Positions 1 through 11,866 of a stretch of DNA of 64,000 nt are shown here, piece by piece (positions within the stretch are counted from its first letter, which is position 1; each line of letters begins with the position of its first letter). Made by a program: the position numbers and the translations under genes. The notes under the pieces are model-generated. The model was given only the letters and a program-made list of their open reading frames with translations. It searched no databases and was not told the DNA's origin. The stretch comes from Botryllus schlosseri (lineage: Eukaryota): the NCBI GenBank assembly GCA_051294905.1, contig CM119372.1:7318001-7382000 (forward strand). The letters run 5' to 3'.

Positions 1-295
1 ATCAAAACAGCAATCCCATTGCGACACATACGGTCATATAACACGACGACGCTTACGTTGTACAACATGACGTATGGACGTTGCACGTTGCGACATTGCG
101 GTTCCATTATCCTCTCTCTTTTTTATTGAACTCCATTAGTCCTCGCTATGGAATTAAGCAAACTGAATATTGTCAGCAACTCCGATGCGGCAATAATGCA
201 AACAATGAGGCGTCACGCTGGAATGACTCCGCAGAAATATAATTAGAAAGGTTTTACTGGTGGTGTTAGCATACGTAACGCGATAGAAAGCAGCT

Positions 296-1732
296 ATGTC
301 TTCCTACATTACGGATAAAGCGTATATCAACGGCGTATGGTGCCCAACGGCAACCACCTTTGAAGTGACGAATCCATTTTCCGGTGAAGTGATAGGAAAG
401 GCAGCCAATTGTGATGAAGCATTGACAAAAACGGCAATTGAAGCAGCGAGCAAGGCGTTCGTTGCATGGAAAGGTTTAACAGCCAGGGAAAGAGCCGTCA
501 TATTTAGCAAATGGACGGATTTAATCCTTTCTGAGAAGCAAGCACTTGGCGAATTGATAACTTTAGAAAATGGAAAGCCTTTAGCACAATCTATCGGGGA
601 GATCGCGTACGCTGCAAGTTTTGTTGAGTGGTGCTTGGAAGAAGGGAGAAGAACCTATGGAATCACTGTACCCAGTCCGCATCCGTCAAAGCGAATGATG
701 ACTATCAAACAGCCGATAGGTGTAGTGTCGATGATAACGCCATGGAATTTTCCCGCGGCCATGGCTACGAGAAAGGCTTGCGCCGCACTAGCGGCTGGCT
801 GTACAGTTGTGTTGAAGCCTTCAGAAGAAGCACCCTTTTCGGCACTCGCACTGGCGCGCCTTGGGCAGCAGGCGGGGATTCCACCTGGCGTTTTTAATGT
901 GATACCGACATCCCGCGCCAATGTCGCGCAAGTCGGGACCGTTTTATGTACTCATCCGTTGGTTGCAGCAGTCTCTTTCACTGGATCGACGGACACTGGG
1001 AAAATTATCCTGAAGCATGCGGCTTCAACGGTGAAGAAAGTCGCGTTAGAACTTGGCGGCTTAGCGCCACTCCTCGTATTCGATTCTTGTGACTTGCAGA
1101 AGGCCGTCCAAGGAGTCATGGCTTCCAAGTTCCGATATTCTGGCCAGACATGCGTGTGCTCAAATAGAATTCTAGTACAGTCCGGTATTCACGACAAGTT
1201 CGTTGCTGCTTTGAAAGATGCCATGGAAAAAGAATTGGTACTGGGTGATGGCATGAAACCTACCACCACCATCGGCCCATTGATCAACGAAGCAGGCTTG
1301 CGAAAGGTGTCTGATCAGGTTAAGGATGCAATTGATAACGGTGCTACATTGGTTACCGGTGGTCAAGCAGTGGGTAGAAATATGTTCGAACCAACGTTGA
1401 TTACAAGCGTCAAGACCTCAATGAAATGTTTCAACGAGGAAACATTCGGGCCGCTCGCCCCAATATACAAATTTGACACCGAGGAGGAGGCATTGTCCAT
1501 AGCAAATAACACAGATACTGGCTTGGCGAGCTACCTGTTCTCGGGTGACGTCAGCCAGTGCTGGAGAATTGCAGAAAAATTGGAAACTGGTATTGTTGGA
1601 ATTAATGAAGGCCTGTTCAGTGTTCCGGAGGCTCCTTTTGGGGGATTCAAGGAATCTGGATTAGGCAGAGAAGGATCGACGTGTGCTTTGGACGAATTTA
1701 TGGAGATAAAATATATGTGTTGGGGAATATGA
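296..1732 (+). CDS. ALDH5A1: Succinate-semialdehyde dehydrogenase (ALDH5A1/GabD family), uninterrupted 478-aa ORF
   Basis: ALDH motifs ITPWNFP, KPSEEAP, SFTGST, ELGG (catalytic Glu), GQTCVCSN (catalytic Cys), EETFGP, APFGGFKESGLGREGS. SKFR..GQTCVC, ELGGLAP and the IPTSR..V..VG..LC segment resemble animal SSADH. In-frame TAG at 284-286. Confidence 0.92.
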   Translation: MSSYITDKAYINGVWCPTATTFEVTNPFSGEVIGKAANCDEALTKTAIEAASKAFVAWKGLTARERAVIFSKWTDLILSEKQALGELITLENGKPLAQSIGEIAYAASFVEWCLEEGRRTYGITVPSPHPSKRMMTIKQPIGVVSMITPWNFPAAMATRKACAALAAGCTVVLKPSEEAPFSALALARLGQQAGIPPGVFNVIPTSRANVAQVGTVLCTHPLVAAVSFTGSTDTGKIILKHAASTVKKVALELGGLAPLLVFDSCDLQKAVQGVMASKFRYSGQTCVCSNRILVQSGIHDKFVAALKDAMEKELVLGDGMKPTTTIGPLINEAGLRKVSDQVKDAIDNGATLVTGGQAVGRNMFEPTLITSVKTSMKCFNEETFGPLAPIYKFDTEEEALSIANNTDTGLASYLFSGDVSQCWRIAEKLETGIVGINEGLFSVPEAPFGGFKESGLGREGSTCALDEFMEIKYMCWGI

Positions 1733-2599
1733 TACACTTACTGCGTCAGTAACTTGTCAATTACATTTGTCAAATTAAATCTGAATCGAATCAACTGATT
1801 GTACGAGTGAGGGCAGTGGGAATCATGCTTACGGTTGACTTTAGTTTGGCCTGCATCTAAACGGACTCTTACGTTAGTCGTGTCGATCCAGTTAATGATT
1901 AAGCTGGAAATATTACCGTCATATATTTGCAGACAATCAGCTGCCAGGTCGCACTGAAATTTGGAGGTTAACGAATTCGAAAACGGCTCTAGTTACACTC
2001 AGGAGTGTCGGCGGGCATTATTCGTTGAGCTTTTGTTTATAGATTGTTTTTTATTATAGTATTCCTTTACCGTTGGTCTATTCTTGTGGGGTCATGTCAA
2101 TCAACGAGTACAATAAAAGTTGATAGTACGCATTGCGTAGCGTCACGATGGCAAAATTGACTGATAGCATTTTCGAAACGACCACCGAGTAACACACTGC
2201 TTCAGTACAGCTACTTGTTCCAATGGACTCGGTGCATGATACGATTCTGACGAATGCACACGACCATTAGAATGTCATGACTGATATTCGCATTTATGGC
2301 CATCAGACCGATTTATACTGTAGCCCTCCGCTTAAAAAATATTGTAAATGACTTTTCCTTGTTTGTGTGTACTTGTGTACATTGTAGAGCGGGTAGGAGT
2401 TCGTCATACCATCAATAATTATGACATTTCGACCACTATCATATAGGTTGCTCAATCTAATAGCCATTATGCACAATTGCGCATATACACATTATCATAC
2501 ACCTTTCAATAACCTACCCAGCAACCCCCACCAAAGTGAGATATGCAAAGTAATTATATTTGGACAAAACCTCTAACCATTTACTGACGTCATAAATAT

Positions 2600-5500
2600 C
2601 TAACTATGTGCTGAGGATTCTTCCCGAACGTCCTCCATTTGGCTCACAACCTGAAAACAAATGGAACTTATATGACTATGGGCATGTCTTCAATACGCAT
2701 TGAAAATAGTTTTGCCTTTCCGCCTTGAGTCTCTATTGTTTTCACGACGACCTTCTTGGTGGTGACAGTCTCCACATCATCACCGGCTCTAGCGTCTGCA
2801 GCTTCACTTTGTATGTTCGCATAAACTTTAGACAAATGATATCCGTTAATTTCTATACTGTGGGAAGAGGGGTTTGCGCTTAGGCTACATATAGAGCAAT
2901 CTTACTTATTCTTACGTATTATATAAGACATTTTGCGTTACGCCCACAATCGGTGAAACTTACCGGATCGCTGCTGGAGTGGCGTACTAACCGACATAGA
3001 GGACGACAAATTTCGAGCCTTATCGCCGATCCTGTATGCAACAAATCGTTATTCTAGAGTAGACTATAGTCATCGTGACATCAATGTGTAGCGTACGGCG
3101 GACTGGAGTCGGACAGTTTCCCCCATACTGCGTCACTAATTTCCCACCGCTTTGAGTCATGAGTGAGGTTGAATCTAGAATGTCTACCTAAATGTTGAAG
3201 CGTCACCTATATAGGCTACGCTTCTCATCCCCACCAAATTAGTTTACACTATGATGTTGCCAATGCTGAAGCCTTGAACCAAAGTGGAACGCGCTATAAG
3301 CCGGCAGAAATGGCTTCGTCAATAAATGAGTTGGCCGCGGTGTAATATTACCGTATAGATATCGAATACCGCAGGACCAACACCCCAACAGCATCACACA
3401 GCAATCAAATATTCGTTGCCTGATAATGTATACCGCCTTAATATATTGAAGTGCATAATGTGTATCAATTTCGTAAATCGCGATTTACGCTTAACTGACA
3501 GACCTTATTTCCTCCCCTTCCAGTAGCTTCCTGTACGTTGCTATTTCAATGTCAAGTGCCATTTTAACATCCATGAGATCTTGATATTGTCGCAGTTGCT
3601 GAGCCATTTGTACTTTGAGATCTTCATAATCACCCTGCCATTATTGTCACCAATGTTAAAAGTCAGCGGGCATGTTTACATATTTTCCATACCTGCAGAT
3701 CCTTAATAATTTCCCGCTTGGCTTCCAAATCTTTAGCGTGTCGATCTTCCATATCGTTGATGTTCCTTTGTAATGAATCATTCTAGGATAAAACGTAATG
3801 TTTGTGTTATCTAAAAATAATTGGTATAGACGTCGATGTCGCTACCGTTCCTCGCATGGAATCGATTTCCATATGAAGTGTTTGAACCGTTTTTCTGTAT
3901 TCGCTCAATTCGTTCCTGACACCCCGCAAAGCTTCGTCATTTTCAACTGCTTTTGCCTTCAGCTTTCCGACCTGAAATATTGGCATGGAATTACAATGTT
4001 CGATAGCACTAGCGATCGGAGATACGTCATCAAACCACGATATTGTTTTCACTGAATCCTTCAGGACCACAACGAACCTTATCATTGTACCATCGCTCTG
4101 CCTCCTCCCTGTTCTTCTTCGCAACATCTTCATATTGAGCGCGAACATCTCGGAGTGCTTCCTCGAGATCGGGTACTGGTGCTGTATCAACGACGATTTC
4201 GGTGTTTCTAATTCTTTCCTCGAGTTCCAATATTTCTTGCTCGTGCACCTTTTTCATAAATTCAATCTCTTCCTGCACGAAAAAGAGTTCACTTTTTTGC
4301 ATATGGCAGGGTTGCCATACGTTCTCCTTTAGGAGGATTTGTCAACCTTTTCAGGTTTTTGAAATTGTCCTCCGAGTACGTCTAAATAATGTACTCCTTT
4401 TCGAAATTGTGTCCTCTTTTTTGATAATCTCGATTAAATATAGTGCCAAATTCGGATGAGATACAGTAAATCAGCACTGAAGTAACGCCCCGGCGGCTAT
4501 TTCGGTAGCTGAGCCGGAAAGTTGACCCTTTTTTAGTCAACCACCCATAGATTTGAAATAAAACCTGTATTTGGGGTGCTGAGCGAGGAAGTTGACTTTT
4601 TTTTAGTCAACCACCTATAAATTTGAAAGAAAAACTGTATTTTGGGTGCTGGGCGAGAAAGTTGACCTTTTTTAGTCAACTGACCGCGAAGTGAGAAAAA
4701 TTTACCATTTATTCAAGATTTACCTCCGGTATTCTAAGTTAGAAAATTTTAATGTCAACCTTTCCCGATTCCAAAATATGGTAACCCTAGCATATGTACC
4801 CTATTACGGGCGTGGTGTCGGGATGATATCTTGGCGAACGCACTCCGAAGCGCGCAGTGAATTAATTTACGTATACGTAGGCCTATTGTTGCAAATTCCA
4901 TGATGCGGTCCCGATCATGATATCTGTTGTATTCGGGGACTTTTGAAAACTGACTGTAACAGTTTATGCACTTGTAATGTGCATGAAACATACATATTGG
5001 ATAACCCTACGGTCTTAACATATGCTTTCCCATAGGGCTGCCATCTGTCCGGAATTTTCCGGACACGTCCGGAATTTCACAGTAAAAACTGCGTCCGGAA
5101 GGAAATTCTAAAATATGCCTAAATGTCCAGAATTTGGAAGGCGTGAAGTAGGCTCAATATTTATTCGTAACCGACATAAACAATATTATTTTTAAACAGA
5201 TTTATGCTGTTTATAAATTTTCTTCGCGCTGCGCGAGATTTAATACAACGTATATTGATATTAATATGGGGACCACGCTCCACCGTAGCGAAAAATGCAA
5301 TCAAAAATAAATAAAAATAACCATCATTTACTGAAATAAGTGTAATTGTAATCGCAATTATAAGATAACGGTATATTACCAGGGTTGGTTAAGGCCGTTT
5401 GGATGCTTCAGTTTAGTCAAAGACAGTTTTTCTAAACCTGGGATCGTTTGCCTCTGTTCTGGGGATCGCAAAGATGTTGGACGTCATCAGCTTCCAGAAT

Positions 5501-7345
5501 AGGTCGTGAGTAAATATGGGCAAGCTGATTTTTTTTAGTAATCAGCCCATCATTTTTTGAGCTGGACCACGGCCATAAAAGGTTGGAAACCATCGGATGC
5601 GCAATCCAATGGTGTATTATATAGTAATATATGGAGGAACCAATATTATTGACAGAATTCATTCACAAAATTTAACAAGCAAAAGCATATTGTAAGCCCA
5701 CAAGAAGTTGCATCGATTACATGGTGGGCCCAAGATTCATGATTTTGTGGAGGCAGGGGGCTGAAAAAATGTTGTTTCGGACCTGGTTACAACACACAAC
5801 CAGGTAACCGCACCGACCTAACACAACAAACACACAACTTCGGACCGGATAGGGTCAACAGACAATTTCATTCGGCTCGTGAAGAAATCTGCTGCAGACC
5901 CAAGCAATCACCAGAGCTCACATTAGAGATGGCCCAATTCAAAACCTATGTTTCACTCCACTCCCGTATACAGTCGATAGGCCAAGCTTCACTATTGTGA
6001 CGTCATATAGACTGACGATGTGTTTATACCTTATTGTAGAATCCGCTAGTGGGCGCTAAAGAGTACCCGGAATTTGATCAACAAAAATATGGTAACCTTA
6101 CTTTCCCATCAGTCGCTAGCTCACATATATTGATTCGAAAAGTACTATACCTGACCCCACGAAAAGTAAGGCCAACGGCTGCGTTCATAAATAGCTTCTC
6201 GTTAAAATAAATATCGAGCAAGTCACCTGAAGTGTTTCCAGCCTTCTCTCCATATCAAGTCTTACTAGAGTTGCGTCGTCGCAGTCCTTTCTCATACCTT
6301 GCAAATCTTCTTCCATTTCTTTTCTGGAAGTCTGTTCTTCCTCATACCTACATTCCGCAAAGATATTCACTTATCATGTATGCTGTATATTATCATGTCA
6401 TGATCAAACATTTCTTTCCACTTGGCGGCATCGATGAGAGAATTCTCCAAACGCATTTCCAAAGATGATTTCTCACTAACAGTCGTATCTATTTGACGAC
6501 GCAATCTGAAAAGGAAAATTTAGAAATAAAGGCGAAACAAAGGAAGTGCATGGCATACCTGTTTATTTCGGCCTCGTACATCTCAGCAACTCTGGAAGGT
6601 CCGACAGCCGACAACTGCGCAAGTTTTTCTTCTAACACCCTATTCGATTGCTCCAAATTGCGCACCTTAAAACGCAATATACATATAGAATTACATATTG
6701 GCATAAAGAAGTCTTGCGAATAGCAGAATTGAAGCCTTCCTTCCCCAATCTCTCATTTATGACAGTATGGGTTACATTCGTCTCCGAATACCGTATTGTT
6801 TCAATAAAATCTCACGTCAGACCTAATTTGACGTCTAGTTCTAGCAAGTCTCTCCATCCTCCATCCGGATAGCGTATCTGGATCCAGCATTCATTCTCAG
6901 CCTGTCTATTTGTGGCGTCAACAAACAAGATACATACCTTCGCAATATAATCGACAAATCTGTTATTGAGACATTGCAATTCTGCCTTTTCGTTGATACG
7001 CATGTCTTGAAATCTTTCTCCCAAGCTATCCTCCATGTTGTTGATCTCTGTCATCGTAACGCTGCTGTTAACAGGGATGCTCCGTCTCAGCGACACATTT
7101 TCATCGACGAAAGGTGGTAATTGGCGGAAACTGACTCTGGAGTAGCTGAAACGGGTTTCGTAAACGACCACGGTCATGACGAAAAATTACAGCCCGATGG
7201 CTTACTTATTGGCTCCATGATGTGAAGTTGCTTTCCGGGTTGACTCGCTTGAGTAATCGAAAAGCGATCTGCTTCCTCCGAAGTGTCGTTTGTAACTAGA
7301 CATCCTTTCTTCGGTCATTCTCTTGCTAGCTGCATGACGGGACAT
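2600..7345 (-). CDS. Cytoplasmic intermediate filament protein, type III (desmin/vimentin)-like, 12 coding exons
   Basis: Hand-spliced exons: 7345-7206, 7145-6938, 6665-6559, 6505-6410, 6347-6227, 4272-4078, 3971-3846, 3782-3693, 3634-3504, 3031-2964, ~2825-2716 (an in-frame acceptor ~30 nt upstream is also possible), 2650-2600. Head motif SSYKRHFGG, coil-1[25 protein letters not shown], rod end [26 protein letters not shown], tail [17 protein letters not shown]. Short coil 1b and no lamin-tail domain. Confidence 0.92.
4307..4789. mobile_element. Non-autonomous hAT (Blackjack-like ends) MITE in IF intron 5
   Basis: Ends CAGGGTTGCCATA / TATGGTAACCCTA, TSD GCATATGG/GCATATGT (7/8), three ~63-bp internal tandem units at ~4508-4680. 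Confidence 0.75.
5033..6100. mobile_element. Non-autonomous hAT (Blackjack-like ends) element in IF intron 5
   Basis: Ends TAGGGCTGCCAT / ATGGTAACCTTA, perfect 8-bp TSD CTTTCCCA (5025-5032, 6101-6108), subterminal CCGGAA motifs. Confidence 0.85.
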
Positions 7346-8336
7346 GCTATAATGCTATATCTATGTACGGTCGCGAGATCGGCTGTACGCGAATTATATG
7401 CTGCTGGGCCTCGAAATTTAGGAACAAGGTCTAAGCAAACTTAACTACAAGAAGCGAGACCTTGTTGACAACGGAGTTACACCGTGTTTATGACGTGCGA
7501 CGATCACAAACTTGCCTTCAACAGTGGAGGTATTAATGCGCCGACTGGTTTTATAAGTGACTGGCAATATTACCATATCAGCAACACTTATCGGTTAGCA
7601 CCGTACGAATCGATTAGCAGCAGTCTGTGATTACCTCACGACAAGTGACGATGAGAAGACTCCCACCAAGTCTGCAAACATCAACAAGTGTCAGTTAGCA
7701 TGACGGGAATACTTTAAATAGTCTTCACTTAACGTAAGCTAACTGGTGTCAGAGGTGATGCTGTAATCTGCTATCATACCATCTAGCTTTCTACTAATGA
7801 TGTCATATTCAAACTACCCAAATCTAGGATCATTATTTGCAATAAAACACATGGTATTTCAAAGGTCAAATCGCTTGAACAATTTTCAATATTGACAACG
7901 AAGATCATCAATCCATGAAAGTCTAGCACAAGAACACAGTTACAAAAAAATCCTTAACGAAGTATTGCAACCAATTATAATTGTAGACCTAAACTTGCTG
8001 CATTTGCGTCTGGCTTCGTGATACCTAAGTGTAATAATTAGGACATGCATTATGCGTCTCATGGGAAAGTCCATCCCACCACCGCGTGCACCAAGAGATT
8101 TCGTGATTCTTCTTGATTGTTACAGAGTTTATAATATTCAAGTCTAATATTTTTGAAGAATAGCATCAGATTTGATGAACTTTGCTTGGTGTGGAAGGCA
8201 GGGCTTGTAATCAATTTTGAAAGTGTCACTTCCCCCAATTTGTGGTAGGATAAGTTCAATAACTTCTTAACTGAATTTTTCAGTTTCCAATATATCCTCT
8301 CACATATACCGAATGCAAATGCAATAGAGAACTCGG

Positions 8337-8584
8337 TTATAAATGTGGATCAAAAGTGGCATCATATCTTTGACTTGGTCGTAATGTGTTCGACTTTTTC
8401 CATTTCATTCGTCGGTTCTGAAACCAGATTTTGATTTGTCGCTCGGTGAGACTCAGATCTTGAGCGATCTCGATTCTTCTGCGCCTCGTCAGATATTGGT
8501 TAAAGTGAAATTCCTTCTCCAATTCCAAAGTCTGAAACCTAGTGTAGGCGGTTCTCGGTCGTTTAAGCTGATCTGTTGTCTGGT
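8337..8584 (-). CDS. Hox5: Hox gene (PG5-like) exon 2, homeobox
   Basis: Acceptor TTTTTGCAG, then (N)[65 protein letters not shown]...PHL*. Phase matches the phase-1 donor after 29224. An Antp-class homeodomain is certain; the paralogy group is less so. Confidence 0.9.
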
Positions 8585-9004
8585 CTGCAAAAAATATTGG
8601 TCGTAATATTACATCCGCTTTATCTACTTCTCTTAATTTTTATCATAGGTACCAAACTTCTTACATGTAAGGAGGGTACTTTTTTGCTTTACGATGTCGT
8701 CATTACTTGCTACGGTACAGACATAACTGACAAGGCATGATTTTATCAACAATTGGTGTCTTCACTTTATATTTCATGAATGAGCCTGTAGACAGGTGTT
8801 GTTTTTCAATTGAATTTAAGAAAGAGACAATCGGTCTAGTTTCGATGATCAAATAATTTTCCTTTCCCACTAAAAATGGTCGTACCGTATATGACAAAAG
8901 GATAATAATGCCAGTTTTACCTTCTTATCAGTTTTTAATCAATGACCATATTATAGAGCCCCATGCAACGAGGAACTCATGATGCTACTGTTATTAGTAG
9001 GATG

Positions 9005-9535
9005 ATTTTTGTCAAAATTGTAGCGTTAAGTCAAAAGATCTCAAAACTGACAACCTGAATTTCGTTTGTATCGTAGATTTTGCACTGTCGGTGAACTTAT
9101 CATTTGACATTTTACAACTTGTAGCCTACTTTATCGGCCTACCCTTGTAGACGGTCCATTGTCTGCTCATTGTGAATCATAGACATTCAAATGAAACAAA
9201 TAGGTTTACATGGTGTTATGCTGAACGTACTTCAATATCCTAGCTGAAGCAAGACTGCGTGGGCATTGCATGGTTCTTATATCACGAAGCGCATGATGAA
9301 AAATTATGATGTAGACAGCATTGTCAGAGTAAAGCAACACGGTTTGTCACCAGCAGTGTACACACAACTTCAGTGTTGTCAGCCGACAACTGATGCTGTT
9401 GAACGTTCTTTCTCCATTGTTGACAAGCTACTTAGTAAGGACAGACACTTTCTACCGAAAATGCAAGAAAGTATCTTTCTTTGTGTACTAAAACAAATTT
9501 GATTTATTTCTGCCATAATACGTAACGTATCTACT
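9005..9535 (+). mobile_element. Degraded hAT transposase 3' remnant
   Basis: ORF 9266-9502 contains PTTDAVERSFS..KLLSKDR, like the hAT C-terminal dimerisation region. A second copy lies at ~33890-34044 plus ~35551-35975. Boundaries approximate. Confidence 0.6.
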
Positions 9536-9649
9536 GGTTGCGGCCCCTCGTCGTCATCCTGGTCCGTACCGGATTCTCACTGGTGTGACAAATAAATGAT
9601 TGATCGATTGATTATTATTTTTTGTTGTGATTGTCAGGTTTCCATGACA

Positions 9650-9799
9650 ATGTAATTGAAATTGTAATTGAGCAAAATTTTTATCAAATTACAATTATAA
9701 TTACAATTACACAAAATAGAAATGCTTCAATTACAATTACATGAAAAAATGTTATAATTACATTCAGCTCAATTACAAATTATAATTGATCCCACTCTG
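9650..9799. repeat. AATTAC/GTAATT motif array, probable truncated MITE end
   Basis: Inverted then direct (C)AATTAC repeats ending in GATCCCACTCTG. No matching left end or TSD seen. Confidence 0.5.
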
Positions 9800-10092
9800 A
9801 TGTACAGTACATGTATGTGGGGCGTGAGTAGTAGGGTTTGATCAAATATACGCAGGCCCTCAGGCTATTTAGAATGTAAACTCTCTCATAATATAATTTG
9901 CGGTGGACTATGCCCGGTTTATGCAGTAGGTTATAGGCTCGATTCCCACTTATTCTGTTATGTGTATTTTCCTGGATATTCTATTATGTATATTTGTATT
10001 AGTGAAATGCGACTTGATAATATTAGTGCGTTAACTTTCGAGAAATAATTTTTGTATATTTCGGACTATGTATGTTCGCGAAGACTGTAATT

Positions 10093-10245
10093 AGCGAGTC
10101 TAATGAATATAACGACAGACAACAAGTTAGTTGAACGAACACCTTCGCCGCAGGTACGCGATCACCGACGTTATAATGATAGGGACAAATTAGCCGCATG
10201 AAAGCGAGTCTAATGAATATAACGACAGACAACAAGTTAGTTGAA
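10093..10245. repeat. ~43-bp direct repeat pair near the element end (mirror at ~26560-26712)
   Basis: AGCGAGTCTAATGAATATAACGACAGACAACAAGTTAGTTGAA occurs twice, ~110 bp apart. Confidence 0.85.
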
Positions 10246-11805
10246 AAGTAAAACTAATCGTGACCGGGGAAATTAGAGTCGCTGCACCATTTTACAGGCA
10301 GTCTCACACACTTTGCTGCATCTGAGCTTCGTACTAATACATGCATAATTTTGGCATGACGAGAATACGGGTAATACGGTCAATTAACGCCGGAGGCGAG
10401 TCATTTAAACCTTGTTGCTAGATAATACCGCTTTCGGCTACAAAAAAGTTGCCCTGCAAGAAAAAATAGAAGCCCTATGCAAAAGTCGATATTGCTTTGT
10501 GATGATTTTGATGTTGTTCCATACCGATTGGGAAGATAGCACACCTAATTTCGTAACTAACTACAAAATCTCTAGTAACGTAGTAAGACGCATAATGGAA
10601 TTTACGCAAAATCGGTATTGCTATGCGATAATTTTGATCACTATGTTTTGATAATGACTTGCTTCCGAGAAATAAATAACATTCATTATACGTTAGATGA
10701 TACTTTTCCTTGATATTCTATCATGTGTATTTAGGACTAATGCGACATCACTATGTTTACGACAGGTCTGATTTGAACACACACTAATTTTGCGTATCAC
10801 ACCACAAACTGCGCAAGCCTTCAAAGTTGATAAGTAAACAAGTATTTGCACTCCATCAGAATACTAAAGTATAGCTTTTCGCGTAGATATACCTAATACT
10901 AATGTGTTTATGATTTCAGATTGCTTCAACTTCATGAAATTTTCAGTATTAAACAGAAATATAGACCTAGATGACTAACTTTTATTCGTAAATAGCTACT
11001 TCTACCTTAATTTGATGGATTTATCTGAGATCATTGCTTTACTTAATCTCTCCAAGATGTGCATTATACATGTACGTCACCATCGAGACCCTCTGGCTAT
11101 AACTATCTGGCAGTATAATTGCAGCAAATACTCGGGCACTAATTTTAAAGTAGCGTAGGTATCTAAATGAGCTCTGAGTCGCTGTTATTTTGAATCTGAC
11201 CATGGAGTCAACACCACTATTACCTTCGCTCACTGATGAAAAAGATGAAAGTTATTAAAGAAAGCAGATTTGTATGAAAACTCGTTAAATAGAAGTAAAA
11301 GTAGCCTAGAAACATAACAACTTACTGAAAAATCGAACATAACCACTTACTCACTTTGAAATCTCAACTTGTACTTGTATTCGTACTTTACCTTTACACG
11401 TCGTCTTTGTATAATAAATACTAATTATATTAAAAATAAATAAAAAGCACGAAAAATTACATTTTATCCCGGAACGTAGCAAAAAAAAAAAATCGTATAA
11501 ACTTTGTAAAGTAGATAGAAAACTACACCATTCCGATGCAGTGAAGACTCTTACACTCAGGATTTTGTGCAGTACATACTAATTTTACATTGCGGAGTAT
11601 TCCATAAACGTTTATCCAGTGATCCTCCTTCTATTTTCAATCACGATCCGTTTATTATTCCAGGCTTCGAACCCCGTACCCAGTACGTTTTATGGGGATT
11701 AATATTTTTAGATTAAATATAGCGTGTCGAGACTTCGTGAAACTTACTTGGAAATAGTTATTTCTACCCTAATTTAATAGATTTCTCAGACATCGTAGCA
11801 ACGGA

Positions 11806-11861
11806 ACTGGGTTGAGAGAGCGGTTAAGGCGTTGGACTTAAGTTTCAATGAACAAGTGTTC
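11806..11861 (+). pseudogene. tRNA-Leu(TAA)-derived 5' fragment
   Basis: ACTGGGT..GAGCGGTTAAGGCGTTGGACTTAAGTTTCAATGAACAAGTGTTC: D-loop/A-box, anticodon arm with TAA and long variable arm. T-arm absent. Confidence 0.7.
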
Positions 11862-11866
11862 TAAGG

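Noticed and set aside
296..1732. Horizontally acquired bacterial gabD or contamination
   Set aside because: ELGGLAP, CVCSN and the IPTSR..V..VG..LC segment resemble animal ALDH5A1, and the gene is contiguous with spliced genes. A phylogeny would settle it.
9821..9828. 8-bp TSD GGCGTGAG, implying a hAT element
   Set aside because: The inverted match extends through AG/CT (AGTAGT.../...ACTACT), so the left AG belongs to the element. Only GGCGTG is duplicated at the junctions.
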